Source: Bacteroidota bacterium
GTDB taxonomy: Bacteria > Bacteroidota > Ignavibacteria > UBA10030
Assembly (NCBI GenBank): GCA_021813905.1
Contig: JAKAJH010000009.1
Location: 7,346 to 71,345 of the forward strand
DNA: 64,000 nucleotides
Direction: 5' to 3'
Position numbers and translations under genes: made by a program. Below, piece by piece: positions 9,001-18,106 of the stretch (its first letter is position 1; every line of letters begins with the position of its first letter). The notes beneath the pieces were generated by a model that saw nothing but the letters and a program-made list of their open reading frames with translations, searched no databases and was not told the origin of the DNA.

Positions 9001-10541
9001 CCCATACAGAAACGATCCTTGTGCTCGACTTTGGCGCCCAGTACACGCAGCTGATCGGACGGCGGGTGCGGGAGCTGGGCGTGTACTCGGAGATCCATCC
9101 GTTCAACATGCCCCTTGCGAAGATCCGCGATCTTCATCCGGCAGGGATCATCCTCTCGGGGGGGCCGTCGAGCGTGTATGACGATGGCGCACCGCTCCCC
9201 GATCCGGGCATCTTCGAGCTTGGCGTTCCGGTGCTGGGCATCTGTTACGGCCTGCAGATCATCGCGCATACGCTCGGCGGCAAGGTGGATGCGGCGGCGC
9301 GGCGGGAATACGGTCAGGCCGACCTCGCCATCGACGACCATCGCGATCTGTTTGCGGGACTCTCTGAGAAGACATCGGTCTGGATGAGTCATGGCGACGC
9401 GTTGAGCGCCATGCCGAAAGGGTTTGAGCCGATCGGCCATACGTCGAACGCTCCGATCTGCGCCATTCGGAATGCGGCGCGGAAAGTGTTCGGCGTCCAG
9501 TTCCATCCCGAAGTCGTGCACACGCCGGACGGAAAGAAGATCCTCTCGAACTTCGTGATCGGCATTTGCGGCGCCCCGGGGAATTGGACCCCGGCGTCAT
9601 TCATCGAGCAGGCGGTGAAGGATATCCGAGCGCAGGTTGGTGACGGACATGTCCTCTGCGCGCTCAGCGGCGGCGTGGACTCGTCCGTGCTTGCGGTTCT
9701 GCTGCACCGCGCCATCGGCGAACGGCTCCATTGCGTGCATATCAACAACGGGCTGATGCGGAAGAATGAGAGCGAGCAGGTGGTGCGGACCTTCCGCGAT
9801 CTCTTTCATATCCCGATGACGTATCTCGATGCGACGGATCTCTTCCTGGATCGTCTCGCGGGTGTCACCGATCCCGAAAGGAAGCGCAAGATCATCGGAG
9901 CCACGTTCATCGACGCGTTTGAGCAGGAGGCGAAGAAGCTCGGCCGGTCGTTCGAGTTCCTCGCGCAAGGGACCCTGTATCCGGACGTGATCGAATCGGT
10001 CTCGTTCAAAGGCCCGTCGGTCACCATCAAATCCCACCACAATGTCGGCGGACTGCCGGAGCGGATGAAGTTCAAGCTGGTCGAGCCGTTCCGGGAACTG
10101 TTCAAGGACGAAGTGCGGAACATCGGTCGCCTGCTGGGCGTCCCGGAGGAGCTGATCGGCCGCCATCCATTCCCGGGACCGGGACTGGCCGTGCGGGTAC
10201 TGGGCGACATCACGCGCGAAAAGCTGGCGCTCCTTCGCGAAGCGGACGATATCTTCATCAGCGAGATCCGCTCGGCGGGACTCTACGACAGCATCTGGCA
10301 GGCGTTCGTGGTGCTGCTGCCGGTGCGCTCCGTCGGCGTGATGGGGGATGGACGCACGTACGAATCGGCGGTTGCGCTTCGGGCGGTCACGAGCATGGAC
10401 GGCATGACGGCGGACTGGGCGCGCATCCCGCCCGAGGTGCTCGCACGGATCTCGGGACGCATCACGAACGAACTGCGCGGCATTAATCGGGTGGTGTACG
10501 ACATCAGCTCCAAGCCGCCCGCGACCATCGAGTGGGAATAG
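8997..10541 (+). CDS. guaA: GMP synthase (glutamine-hydrolysing)
   Basis: Real start is [19 protein letters not shown] at 8997, giving an ATGA overlap with the yhhQ stop. GATase1 domain (GICYGLQ), ATP-PPase SGGVDSS motif and the conserved C-terminal dimerisation domain are present. 514 aa. Confidence 0.95.
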   Translation: MTHTETILVLDFGAQYTQLIGRRVRELGVYSEIHPFNMPLAKIRDLHPAGIILSGGPSSVYDDGAPLPDPGIFELGVPVLGICYGLQIIAHTLGGKVDAAARREYGQADLAIDDHRDLFAGLSEKTSVWMSHGDALSAMPKGFEPIGHTSNAPICAIRNAARKVFGVQFHPEVVHTPDGKKILSNFVIGICGAPGNWTPASFIEQAVKDIRAQVGDGHVLCALSGGVDSSVLAVLLHRAIGERLHCVHINNGLMRKNESEQVVRTFRDLFHIPMTYLDATDLFLDRLAGVTDPERKRKIIGATFIDAFEQEAKKLGRSFEFLAQGTLYPDVIESVSFKGPSVTIKSHHNVGGLPERMKFKLVEPFRELFKDEVRNIGRLLGVPEELIGRHPFPGPGLAVRVLGDITREKLALLREADDIFISEIRSAGLYDSIWQAFVVLLPVRSVGVMGDGRTYESAVALRAVTSMDGMTADWARIPPEVLARISGRITNELRGINRVVYDISSKPPATIEWE

Positions 10542-10584
10542 CGGCCGCACGCACGCGTGCCGCCGGACGGACAGGCGGAGGAGT

Positions 10585-11310
10585 ATGATCGAGCTCAAGC
10601 ACGTGACCAAGAAGTTCGGGTCCTTCACGGCGGTCGATGATCTGACGCTGACGATCCCGAAGGGGGAGTTCTTCGGATTCCTGGGCCCCAACGGCGCGGG
10701 GAAGACGACCACGATCAAGATGATCGTCGGGCTGTTCGCCCCGACCGACGGGGCCATCGCGGTGAACGGCTTCGACATCGTGCAGCAGCCGATCGAAGCC
10801 AAGCAGACCCTCGCCTACGTGCCCGATCAGCCGTTCCTCTACGACAAGCTCACCGGCCGCGAATTCCTCTTTTTCATCGGCGGTCTGTACACGCTCGATG
10901 CCGCTCTTCTCACCGAGCGCATCCGGGAACTGATCGATCACTTCGAGATCGGTCCGTGGATCGACCGGCGCACGGAGGACTACTCGCAGGGCATGCGCCA
11001 GCGCATCACGATCGCTGCCGCGCTGATCCATCGCCCGCGGACCATCGTTATCGACGAGCCGATGATCGGACTGGATCCGCGGAGCTCAAAGATCGTGCGC
11101 GCCACGCTCCGGCAGCAGACGGAACAGGGCGTTTCCATTCTCATGTCCACGCACACGCTCGCCGTCGCCGAAGAATTGTGCGACCGGATCGGGATCATTC
11201 ACAACGGCCGTCTGGTGTTCTGCGATACGCGCGAACAGCTCAAACGCGACGAAGACCGGCTGGACGGGCGGTTCGAGTCGCTCTTCCTCGAGGTCACGCG
11301 GAGTTCGTAA
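10585..11310 (+). CDS. ABC transporter ATP-binding protein
   Basis: Walker A GPNGAGKTT, signature motif YSQGMRQR, Walker B IVIDEP. Confidence 0.9.
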   Translation: MIELKHVTKKFGSFTAVDDLTLTIPKGEFFGFLGPNGAGKTTTIKMIVGLFAPTDGAIAVNGFDIVQQPIEAKQTLAYVPDQPFLYDKLTGREFLFFIGGLYTLDAALLTERIRELIDHFEIGPWIDRRTEDYSQGMRQRITIAAALIHRPRTIVIDEPMIGLDPRSSKIVRATLRQQTEQGVSILMSTHTLAVAEELCDRIGIIHNGRLVFCDTREQLKRDEDRLDGRFESLFLEVTRSS

Positions 11311-13013
11311 TGCGGATGTTCCTGCACCTCCTCCGGTACAAATTCATCGCGTTTCTGAAGTCGACCTTCGAGCTTCGGACCTTGAGCATTGTCCGGAGCA
11401 TCGGATCGGCGGTGGTCTTCGGGGCGTTCGCGGTCGGTGCCTATATCCTCGCGCGGAACCTTACCCAGTTCGTCGTCGAGCAGACGCGGGTCGGGCTGTT
11501 TCTGTATCATCAGTTCATCTCGATGATGCTGTTCGTGTTCTTCGTGGCAGTGAACCTCGGCAACATCATCGTCTCGTACGCCACGATCTACCGCTCGACC
11601 GAGGTCTCGTTCCTGATGACGAAGCCGGTCCCGCACCTGACCGTCTTTGTCCTGAAGTTCCTGGACAACTTTCTGTACAGCTCGACCACGCTGTTTCTGA
11701 TGGCGTTCATGACGCTGCTGGGCTACGGGGCCTACTTCGGCCATTCGTGGCTCTTCTATGCGGGCGTGATGGTCGGCATCGTCATTCCCTTCATGTTCCT
11801 GTCGGCTTGTCTGGCGGTGCTGATCCTGATGGGCATCATGCGGCTCGCGGGCCGCTTCGGCTTCCGCCAGGTGATGGCCGGGATCTTTGCGCTCTATTTC
11901 TTCTTCATCTATGTGTTCTTCCGCATTTCAAATCCCATCCGGCTTGTCGAGACGGTCAATCGCTACTATCCGAACATCGATGAATATGTTTCCCGGATCT
12001 CTCCGGGCATCCTGCAGTTCCTGCCGAACCACTGGGTGGCGCAGTTTCTGTACTGGAGTGCGCGCAACGACTGGGCACATGCGCTGCCGTACGGCCTGCT
12101 CGTGCCGGTGATGACCGCGGGAATGTTCGTGATCGTGCTGGTGGTGGCGAAGCACTTCTACTATCGGAGCTGGCTCGTGTCGTTGCAGGTGCAATCTTCG
12201 GCGATGGCACCGTACCATCCGCATCGGATCCACCTGATCGATTTTCGGCGGGGAGGATGGCTGCCGCCGCAATTCGGCGCATTCCTGAAGAAGGAGACGT
12301 TCTCCTTCCTGCGGGAGCCGAGCCAATGGATCCATCTGGTGGTCATGATCGTCCTGGCCGGACTGTTCATCCTGAGCGTGCGGAATCTGAACCTGCGGCT
12401 GCGTGTGGTGGATGTGCAGCTGCTCACGTATCTCGTGCTGCTGTCGTTCGGCGGTTTCCTCACCGGATCGCTGGCGCTGCGGTTCGTCTTTCCGATGACG
12501 GGACTGGAAGGGAAGGCATTCTGGTCCGTTCGGACAAGTCCGGTGGAATTATGGAAGATCTACGCCTTCCGGTTTGTCGCGGGTTTCGCGCTGGTGCTGA
12601 CGATCGCTGTGCTCGTCGCGGTGGCGATGAATACGCCCTTCGTGCGCATGTCGGCCCGCCGGCCGCTGCTGCTGTGGTTCGGACTCTACGATGCGTTCTG
12701 GACGGCGCTCGCCGTGGTCGCCATCAACCTCGGCTTCGGGACGTATTTCGCAAATTACCAGGAGAAGAATCCGATCCGCGCGGCGTCGTCGCAGGGGGCG
12801 ACGCTCACGTTCCTGTTTGTGTTGCTGTTCCTGTTTCTGAAGGTGGTGATCATCCTGTATCCGCTCGCGCGGTACTTCTCATCCCTGTTCCATTTCACTC
12901 CCTTCAACATGCGTCTGATCGTGGCTCCCGGCACGCTGCTGGCGGTCCTCTCCATGCTCGTGGCTGCGTTCGCGTCGGGGCTCGGTCTCCGGGCGCTCCG
13001 TCGTGATTTCTGA
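11310..13013 (+). CDS. Large ABC transporter permease (~567 aa, many TM helices)
   Basis: Start ATG at 11310 overlaps the TAA stop of the ATPase by 1 nt (TAATG). The protein is highly hydrophobic along its full length. The tool ORF 10956..13013 includes a spurious N-terminal extension. Confidence 0.7.
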   Translation: MRMFLHLLRYKFIAFLKSTFELRTLSIVRSIGSAVVFGAFAVGAYILARNLTQFVVEQTRVGLFLYHQFISMMLFVFFVAVNLGNIIVSYATIYRSTEVSFLMTKPVPHLTVFVLKFLDNFLYSSTTLFLMAFMTLLGYGAYFGHSWLFYAGVMVGIVIPFMFLSACLAVLILMGIMRLAGRFGFRQVMAGIFALYFFFIYVFFRISNPIRLVETVNRYYPNIDEYVSRISPGILQFLPNHWVAQFLYWSARNDWAHALPYGLLVPVMTAGMFVIVLVVAKHFYYRSWLVSLQVQSSAMAPYHPHRIHLIDFRRGGWLPPQFGAFLKKETFSFLREPSQWIHLVVMIVLAGLFILSVRNLNLRLRVVDVQLLTYLVLLSFGGFLTGSLALRFVFPMTGLEGKAFWSVRTSPVELWKIYAFRFVAGFALVLTIAVLVAVAMNTPFVRMSARRPLLLWFGLYDAFWTALAVVAINLGFGTYFANYQEKNPIRAASSQGATLTFLFVLLFLFLKVVIILYPLARYFSSLFHFTPFNMRLIVAPGTLLAVLSMLVAAFASGLGLRALRRDF

Positions 13014-13032
13014 TTGAATCTGATGCCGCGGT

Positions 13033-13953
13033 GTGGTACTTTGCGCTCACATGATCGATGAACCGACCATCCACGCCTTGCTGAGTCAGGCCCGGAGCTA
13101 CGCGGCGGACGAGAAGTACCTCCACGCGATCCAGGTCTATCGGCGCGTCACGCGGCTCGCCCCGCGGGTTGAGCAGGCCTGGGTGGAGCTCGCGCACGTC
13201 TATCTGCATCTGAAGCAACGGGTCCCCGCAGAGCGGGCGCTGCAGGGGGCGCTGGCGGTCGCCCGTCAACCGGCGCAGATCCTGTTCCTGCTGGGATCGC
13301 TGCACCGGGAAGCGGGGGATACCTATGAAGCGCTGAAATACCTTCGCCGGCTGCTGGAGATCGAAGCGACGTTGCCGGTCAATCTGAAGGCGCAACTGCA
13401 TTTTGACCTTGGCCTCCTCTATCGTGATCGAATGAACTCACGCGTGGCGGAATACCATTTGCGCACGGCCCACCGGTTGGATCCCAACTTTCCCCGATCG
13501 GGCGAAGCGCTTGCGGAATTGTTGCTGCGGCGCGGGGCCGCGAACGAGGCGATCCGGTTCCTGCACCGCTCGCTGAAGGCCGAACCGTACAGCTGGGAGG
13601 GGCACTATCTGCTCGGGAAAGCCCTGACCCGCAAGGGGGAGTGGGAACACGCGCTCGAAGAGTTCATCGCGTCGGTGGAAATGGATCCGGACGATCCGCG
13701 GGGATGGCATATGTGCGGCAGCACGTTGCTCGCTCTGCAGCGTCTGGACGAGAGCGAACGGTACCTGCGCAAGGCCATCGACCTCCAGCCGGCCATGACG
13801 GACGCGCTCGCGGATCTCGGCATCGTGCTGATGCGGCGCGGAACGCTCGAAGAGGCGCAGGATCTGTTCCGTCGCGCCCTGCAGCAGGTGCCCGATCATC
13901 GTACCGCCCGCGACGGCCAGCGTGAGCTTAATCGTCTGCGGAAAGCCCAATAG
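13033..13953 (+). CDS. Tetratricopeptide-repeat protein
   Basis: Repeated TPR-like helical hairpins (AWVELAHVYLHL..., EALKYLRRLLEIEA..., WEGHYLLGKALTRKGEWEHALEEF). Start may be the MIDEP codon at 13051. Confidence 0.7.
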   Translation: MVLCAHMIDEPTIHALLSQARSYAADEKYLHAIQVYRRVTRLAPRVEQAWVELAHVYLHLKQRVPAERALQGALAVARQPAQILFLLGSLHREAGDTYEALKYLRRLLEIEATLPVNLKAQLHFDLGLLYRDRMNSRVAEYHLRTAHRLDPNFPRSGEALAELLLRRGAANEAIRFLHRSLKAEPYSWEGHYLLGKALTRKGEWEHALEEFIASVEMDPDDPRGWHMCGSTLLALQRLDESERYLRKAIDLQPAMTDALADLGIVLMRRGTLEEAQDLFRRALQQVPDHRTARDGQRELNRLRKAQ

Positions 13954-13967
13954 GAGTCGATCTCACC

Positions 13968-15989
13968 ATGAAACGCCTCTTTCTGATTCTGTCCGGTGTG
14001 ATGGTACTGTCGGGAGCGACGCTTGCGCAGCGGGTGGCGATGCCGTCCGACAGCATCGTGTTCCGGGCCGACGTGGAGCGCGAGTTCGTGGAGGGGATGC
14101 GGTTCTTTCTGGCGCGTCAGTACGACAGCGCCGCTACCGTGTTTGTCAACTGCATCCGTGAGTACCCGCGGAGTCACCGCGCCACCGGGGCGTACATCAT
14201 GGGTGCGAAAGCCTTGTATGAGACCGGCCGGTACCGCGACGCGGTCCGCCTCCTCAAGGATCTGATGGACATCTATCCATATTCGCAGTACGTGGACGAC
14301 GCGCATTACACGCTGGGGCTGGTCTATTTCCGGCTTCGCCGGTACGAGGATGCCGCCTCGGAACTCCTCACCGCTCGGCAGACGGCGGACGACCCGAAGC
14401 TGATGACCCGAGCAGAGCGACTGCTGGGTGATATTGCCGCAGAGCACCTCAGCATCGCCGAGTTGCAGGTTCTGGCGGGCGCCGCGCAGAATGATGTGAT
14501 GAAGGCGCTCCTCAATCTGCGCCTGGCCGAACAGATCTACCGGACCGGCGATGCACGGGCGGCGGAGGAAGTCGCCCGTCCGATCACCACCATGAGTCCG
14601 GCGATCCCCTATGTCGGACAAGCGCTCGATCTTCTGCAACGCATCCGCAGCGGCGGGGTGGTGCGCGTCGGTGTCGTCCTCCCTCTGATGCTGAAGTCCG
14701 AAATGCCTGTCTACCGTGCGGTGGGACTGGACTTTGCGAACGGTATCCAGCTCGCGGTTGATGAGTACAACGCGACAGCCGAAACGAAAGTGAATCTCGA
14801 TATCCGCGATACCGAGCGTGATCCGGCAAAAGCCGCGCAGGTCGTTGCGGAGCTGTGCCGGGATGACAAGGTTACCGCCATCCTCGGGCCGGTGCTCAGC
14901 AACGAAGTGTTCGCCAGCGCGGGGATCGCGAACGAGCGCGGCGTACCCCTGATCACTCCGACCGCCACCTCGAACGGCATTGCGGCGATCGGTCCGTATA
15001 TCTTCCAGGCGAATCCGGATTTCACAATGCGCGGAAAAGCGGCGGCGGCGTACGCCGTGACCGATCTGAACGCCAAGCGGGTAGCCGTCGTTTCGCCCTC
15101 TGATGCCGTGGGTACCGCGGTGTCGAATGCGTTCATTGCGGAGGCGACCCGGCGCGGAGCGACCATTGTGGATGTCGAATGGTATCCGGCCGGTTCCACC
15201 GACATCCGGAGCGAGCTGATGAGCTTGCGCGAGAAGGCGCTCGCCGAGGCGGATACGACGCTCATCGACTTCGGCGGCAAGATGAAACAGGCTGATATTA
15301 CCAGGATCCTTGCGGCGGGGGCGGATCGCCACGTCGTGGACTCGCTGATGGAGCGCGGTGTTCCGATCGACGTCCGGCAGCTGTTCGGTGACAACGGCAG
15401 AGTGATCGCCGACTCGCTCGGTTTCCCGACACGAACGATCATCGTGAAACGGGACAGCCTGGAGCTTCCGGTGAACACGATCGACGTGATCTTCTGCCCC
15501 ATCGCCAGTTCAGACGAGATCGCGGTGGTCAGCACGCAGATGCGCTGGACGAACTTCCACGCTCTGGTGCTGGGCACGGGGGACTGGAATGATCTGAACA
15601 GCCTGGATGAGAACCGTTCGTACACCGACGGGGTGACATTCGTGACGGACGCCTACTACGATCCGAACAGTCAGCCGTTCCGGGAGTTCAAGCTCCGGTA
15701 CGAACGCGCATTCAAAGGACGTCCCCCGACGCTGAATACGCTGTACGGATACGACGCCTGCGCCATGCTGCTGCAGACGATCGGACACGGGGCGGTGAAC
15801 AGGAATCAGCTCGCCTCCGCGCTGGCGGCGGTACGCGGATACACAGGATTGCACACGAAGATTTCCTTCGGCCCCGGACGCGTGAATTCCTGTCTGACGG
15901 TTCTGCAATACCGCGCCCGTCAGATCTGGCGAGTGGGAGAAGTGGATCTGACGGCGCCGGAAGAGACGCAGCAACCGACAACTCCATAA
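13968..15989 (+). CDS. Secreted fusion protein: N-terminal TPR/YbgF-like domain plus C-terminal type I periplasmic-binding-protein fold (Leu/Ile/Val-binding-like)
   Basis: Signal peptide MKRLFLILSGVMVLSGATLAQ. TPR segment (YIMGAKALYETGRYRDAVRLL, HYTLGLVYFRLRRYEDAASEL). The PBP1 region begins VRVGVVLPLMLKS and continues through ILGPVLSNEVFASAGIANERGVPLITPTATSNGIA. Confidence 0.7.
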   Translation: MKRLFLILSGVMVLSGATLAQRVAMPSDSIVFRADVEREFVEGMRFFLARQYDSAATVFVNCIREYPRSHRATGAYIMGAKALYETGRYRDAVRLLKDLMDIYPYSQYVDDAHYTLGLVYFRLRRYEDAASELLTARQTADDPKLMTRAERLLGDIAAEHLSIAELQVLAGAAQNDVMKALLNLRLAEQIYRTGDARAAEEVARPITTMSPAIPYVGQALDLLQRIRSGGVVRVGVVLPLMLKSEMPVYRAVGLDFANGIQLAVDEYNATAETKVNLDIRDTERDPAKAAQVVAELCRDDKVTAILGPVLSNEVFASAGIANERGVPLITPTATSNGIAAIGPYIFQANPDFTMRGKAAAAYAVTDLNAKRVAVVSPSDAVGTAVSNAFIAEATRRGATIVDVEWYPAGSTDIRSELMSLREKALAEADTTLIDFGGKMKQADITRILAAGADRHVVDSLMERGVPIDVRQLFGDNGRVIADSLGFPTRTIIVKRDSLELPVNTIDVIFCPIASSDEIAVVSTQMRWTNFHALVLGTGDWNDLNSLDENRSYTDGVTFVTDAYYDPNSQPFREFKLRYERAFKGRPPTLNTLYGYDACAMLLQTIGHGAVNRNQLASALAAVRGYTGLHTKISFGPGRVNSCLTVLQYRARQIWRVGEVDLTAPEETQQPTTP

Positions 15990-16003
15990 GGGGGAGAGAT
16001 CAG

Positions 16004-16702
16004 ATGAACGGGGTGGGGGAACCACGACGGCTTCGGATAACGGACTGGCCGGTGGCGGAGCGCCCGCGTGAAAAGGCGCTTCGGCACGGTCTGCGAACTC
16101 TCACAGACGCAGAACTCCTTGCGATTCTTCTCCGCACCGGCTCGCGCGGACGCACCGTGCTCGATCGCGCACGGACAATTCTGATGCAGGGCCGCACGCT
16201 CCGTGAATTGTCCGCGCTCTCGCCGGACGCATTGAAACAGCTCCACATCGGAACCGCGCAGGCCGTCACGGTGGCGGCGGCGTTCGAGCTTGCCCGCCGC
16301 TCCGGCGTGGAGGAACAGCGGCCTCGCACCATTCGCGGTCCGGAGGACGTAGTGGAAGCCGTCGGACCGATCCTGCGTTCGCTGAGTCAGGAGGAATTCT
16401 GGTTGCTGCCGCTCAGTTCGTCCAACCGATTGCTCCGTCCCGTCCGAATCACGGTCGGGACGCTCAATTCGTCGCTCGTCCATCCCCGCGAATGCTTTCG
16501 TCCGGCCATTGAGCGATCGGCAGCGGCCATCATCGTTGTGCATAATCATCCGAGCGGGAATCCGGAGCCGAGTCAGGAGGACGTTGCCATCACCCGCCAA
16601 TTGGCGGAAGCCGGGCGTGTCCTGGGCATTCCGCTGCACGATCATGTGATCATCGCGGGATCGGGTTATACAAGCCTGGCGGAGCGGGGCCTTCTTTCAT
16701 AG
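16004..16702 (+). CDS. radC: RadC-family JAB/MPN-domain protein (UPF0758)
   Basis: HhH N-terminal region and JAMM motif HNHPSGNPEPSQEDVAIT. Confidence 0.9.
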   Translation: MNGVGEPRRLRITDWPVAERPREKALRHGLRTLTDAELLAILLRTGSRGRTVLDRARTILMQGRTLRELSALSPDALKQLHIGTAQAVTVAAAFELARRSGVEEQRPRTIRGPEDVVEAVGPILRSLSQEEFWLLPLSSSNRLLRPVRITVGTLNSSLVHPRECFRPAIERSAAAIIVVHNHPSGNPEPSQEDVAITRQLAEAGRVLGIPLHDHVIIAGSGYTSLAERGLLS

Positions 16703-16838
16703 ATGCATTCAGCGGGAAGCGGGGCATGGGCGTTGCGGGACGACGATTCCGATGCGCCACGGCGGGTGAGGTTTGAGCTTCTGCCTGCATATGATTCAGC
16801 CGGAGCATGAAGAATGTGATCGGCGCAACCCTTAGGTC

Positions 16839-16867
16839 TTGACTTTTTCTGACGTTCTGCCTATCAT
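16839..16867 (+). promoter_or_regulatory. Sigma-70-like promoter (TTGACT -N17- TATCAT) upstream of the small lipoprotein gene
   Basis: TTGACT at 16839-16844, 17-nt spacer, TATCAT at 16862-16867. A GAAGGAGA ribosome-binding site sits 7 nt before the ATG at 16932. Confidence 0.5.
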
Positions 16868-16931
16868 AACACAGCGGACGAGCCTGTGAGCGTTTCCGAT
16901 TTGCGCCTATTATCTGAAGGAGACCCTAAAT

Positions 16932-17192
16932 ATGAAGAAGCCCTTCGCTGTCGTTGCAGTGGGATGTGCAATGATGGCTTTGACGGTGGTGGGATGTTCA
17001 AATAAGCCCTCCGACGAAGAGCTGAAACAATTGAATGACCTCAAAGCAGAGGTGACGTCGCTTGAGAAGGACATCGCTGCGCGCCAGGCGGACAAGGACG
17101 CGTTGATGAAGTCTATCGCGGATAAAGATGCCCAGCTGGCACAGTGCGCCAAGGACAAGGAAGCTGTCCAGAAACGGCTGAGCGCAAAGTAA
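16932..17192 (+). CDS. Small coiled-coil lipoprotein (86 aa)
   Basis: Signal peptide with lipobox LTVVGC. The rest is heptad-like charged sequence (LKQLNDLKAEVTSLEKDIAARQADKDALMKS...). Confidence 0.7.
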   Translation: MKKPFAVVAVGCAMMALTVVGCSNKPSDEELKQLNDLKAEVTSLEKDIAARQADKDALMKSIADKDAQLAQCAKDKEAVQKRLSAK

Positions 17193-17222
17193 CCGATGGA
17201 CCCCATCAAGGAGAATGTAACC

Positions 17223-17984
17223 ATGAAGTCCCTTATCCGTTTGAGCATCATTTCTCTTGTCCTCTGCGCGCTCGTGGCCCCTTCCTTTGCCCAACAGGAG
17301 TTGACAAAGGACGACTGGCAGAAGCAGGTGGCCGATTTCACGGCGAAGCGTAATGATCTGAAGAACAAGCTCGACGCCCTTCAGAAAGAGGTCGCTGATC
17401 TGAAGAAGCAGGATAGCGACAAGGCGGAAGCCATCAAGAAGTGCCAGGATGAACTTGCTGCCCTCGTCGGTTCCGAAGAAGCGCCGTTTGGCGCTCAGCT
17501 TGACAAGATCGACGGCCGTCTGAACGAGCTCTCCCGCCTGTCCAATCAGGACCTCTGGGCGCGAAAGGCAGAACTGGACACCGTCCAGAACTGGATCAAC
17601 GATGCGAACAAGATGCCGTTGAGCGGCATGGCAAAGTTTGCGGATCGGCTGCGTGACGAGCAGGCGCGGCTGGATGCGCTGAAGAAGGCGCTTGAGCAGT
17701 ATGTGGCAAGCGGCCAGGCTGAGCAGACGTACACCGTCGGCACGTGGGCCCGCGATCGTGATTGCCTCTGGAACATCGCCAAGAAGCCGAAGATCTACGA
17801 CAACGCGTTCCTCTGGCCGAAGATCTGGCAGGGGAACCGCGATCAGATCAAGAATCCGGATGTCATTCATCCGGGTCAAAAGCTGAAGATCCCGCAGAAG
17901 GCGGATCTGACGAAGGAAGAAAAGTCCGCGGTGCGCAAGTACTGGTCACGGAAGCAGGCAGCACCGGCACCGACCAATCCATAG
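17223..17984 (+). CDS. Secreted coiled-coil protein with C-terminal LysM peptidoglycan-binding domain
   Basis: Start MKSLIRLSIISLVLCALVAPSFAQQ is preceded by AAGGAGA. A long coiled-coil region leads to the LysM motif YTVGTWARDRDCLWNIAKKPKIYDNAFLWPKIWQGNRDQIKNPDVIHPGQKLKIP. Confidence 0.8.
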   Translation: MKSLIRLSIISLVLCALVAPSFAQQELTKDDWQKQVADFTAKRNDLKNKLDALQKEVADLKKQDSDKAEAIKKCQDELAALVGSEEAPFGAQLDKIDGRLNELSRLSNQDLWARKAELDTVQNWINDANKMPLSGMAKFADRLRDEQARLDALKKALEQYVASGQAEQTYTVGTWARDRDCLWNIAKKPKIYDNAFLWPKIWQGNRDQIKNPDVIHPGQKLKIPQKADLTKEEKSAVRKYWSRKQAAPAPTNP

Positions 17985-18032
17985 CAGCACGTGGCTGCAA
18001 CGATTTCTGTGATTGACAGGGATCGTACCCAG

Positions 18033-18077
18033 AACGCCCTCACGGTGCTTCGTGGCACCGGAGGGCGTTTGTTTTTT
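18033..18077 (+). terminator. Rho-independent terminator after the LysM gene
   Basis: AACGCCCTC (18033-18041) pairs with GAGGGCGTT (18061-18069), with an inner GGTGC/GCACC stem. It is followed by TGTTTTTT. Confidence 0.8.
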
Positions 18078-18106
18078 CACCGGACGTCGAGAAGGAGCCG
18101 TCTGCT

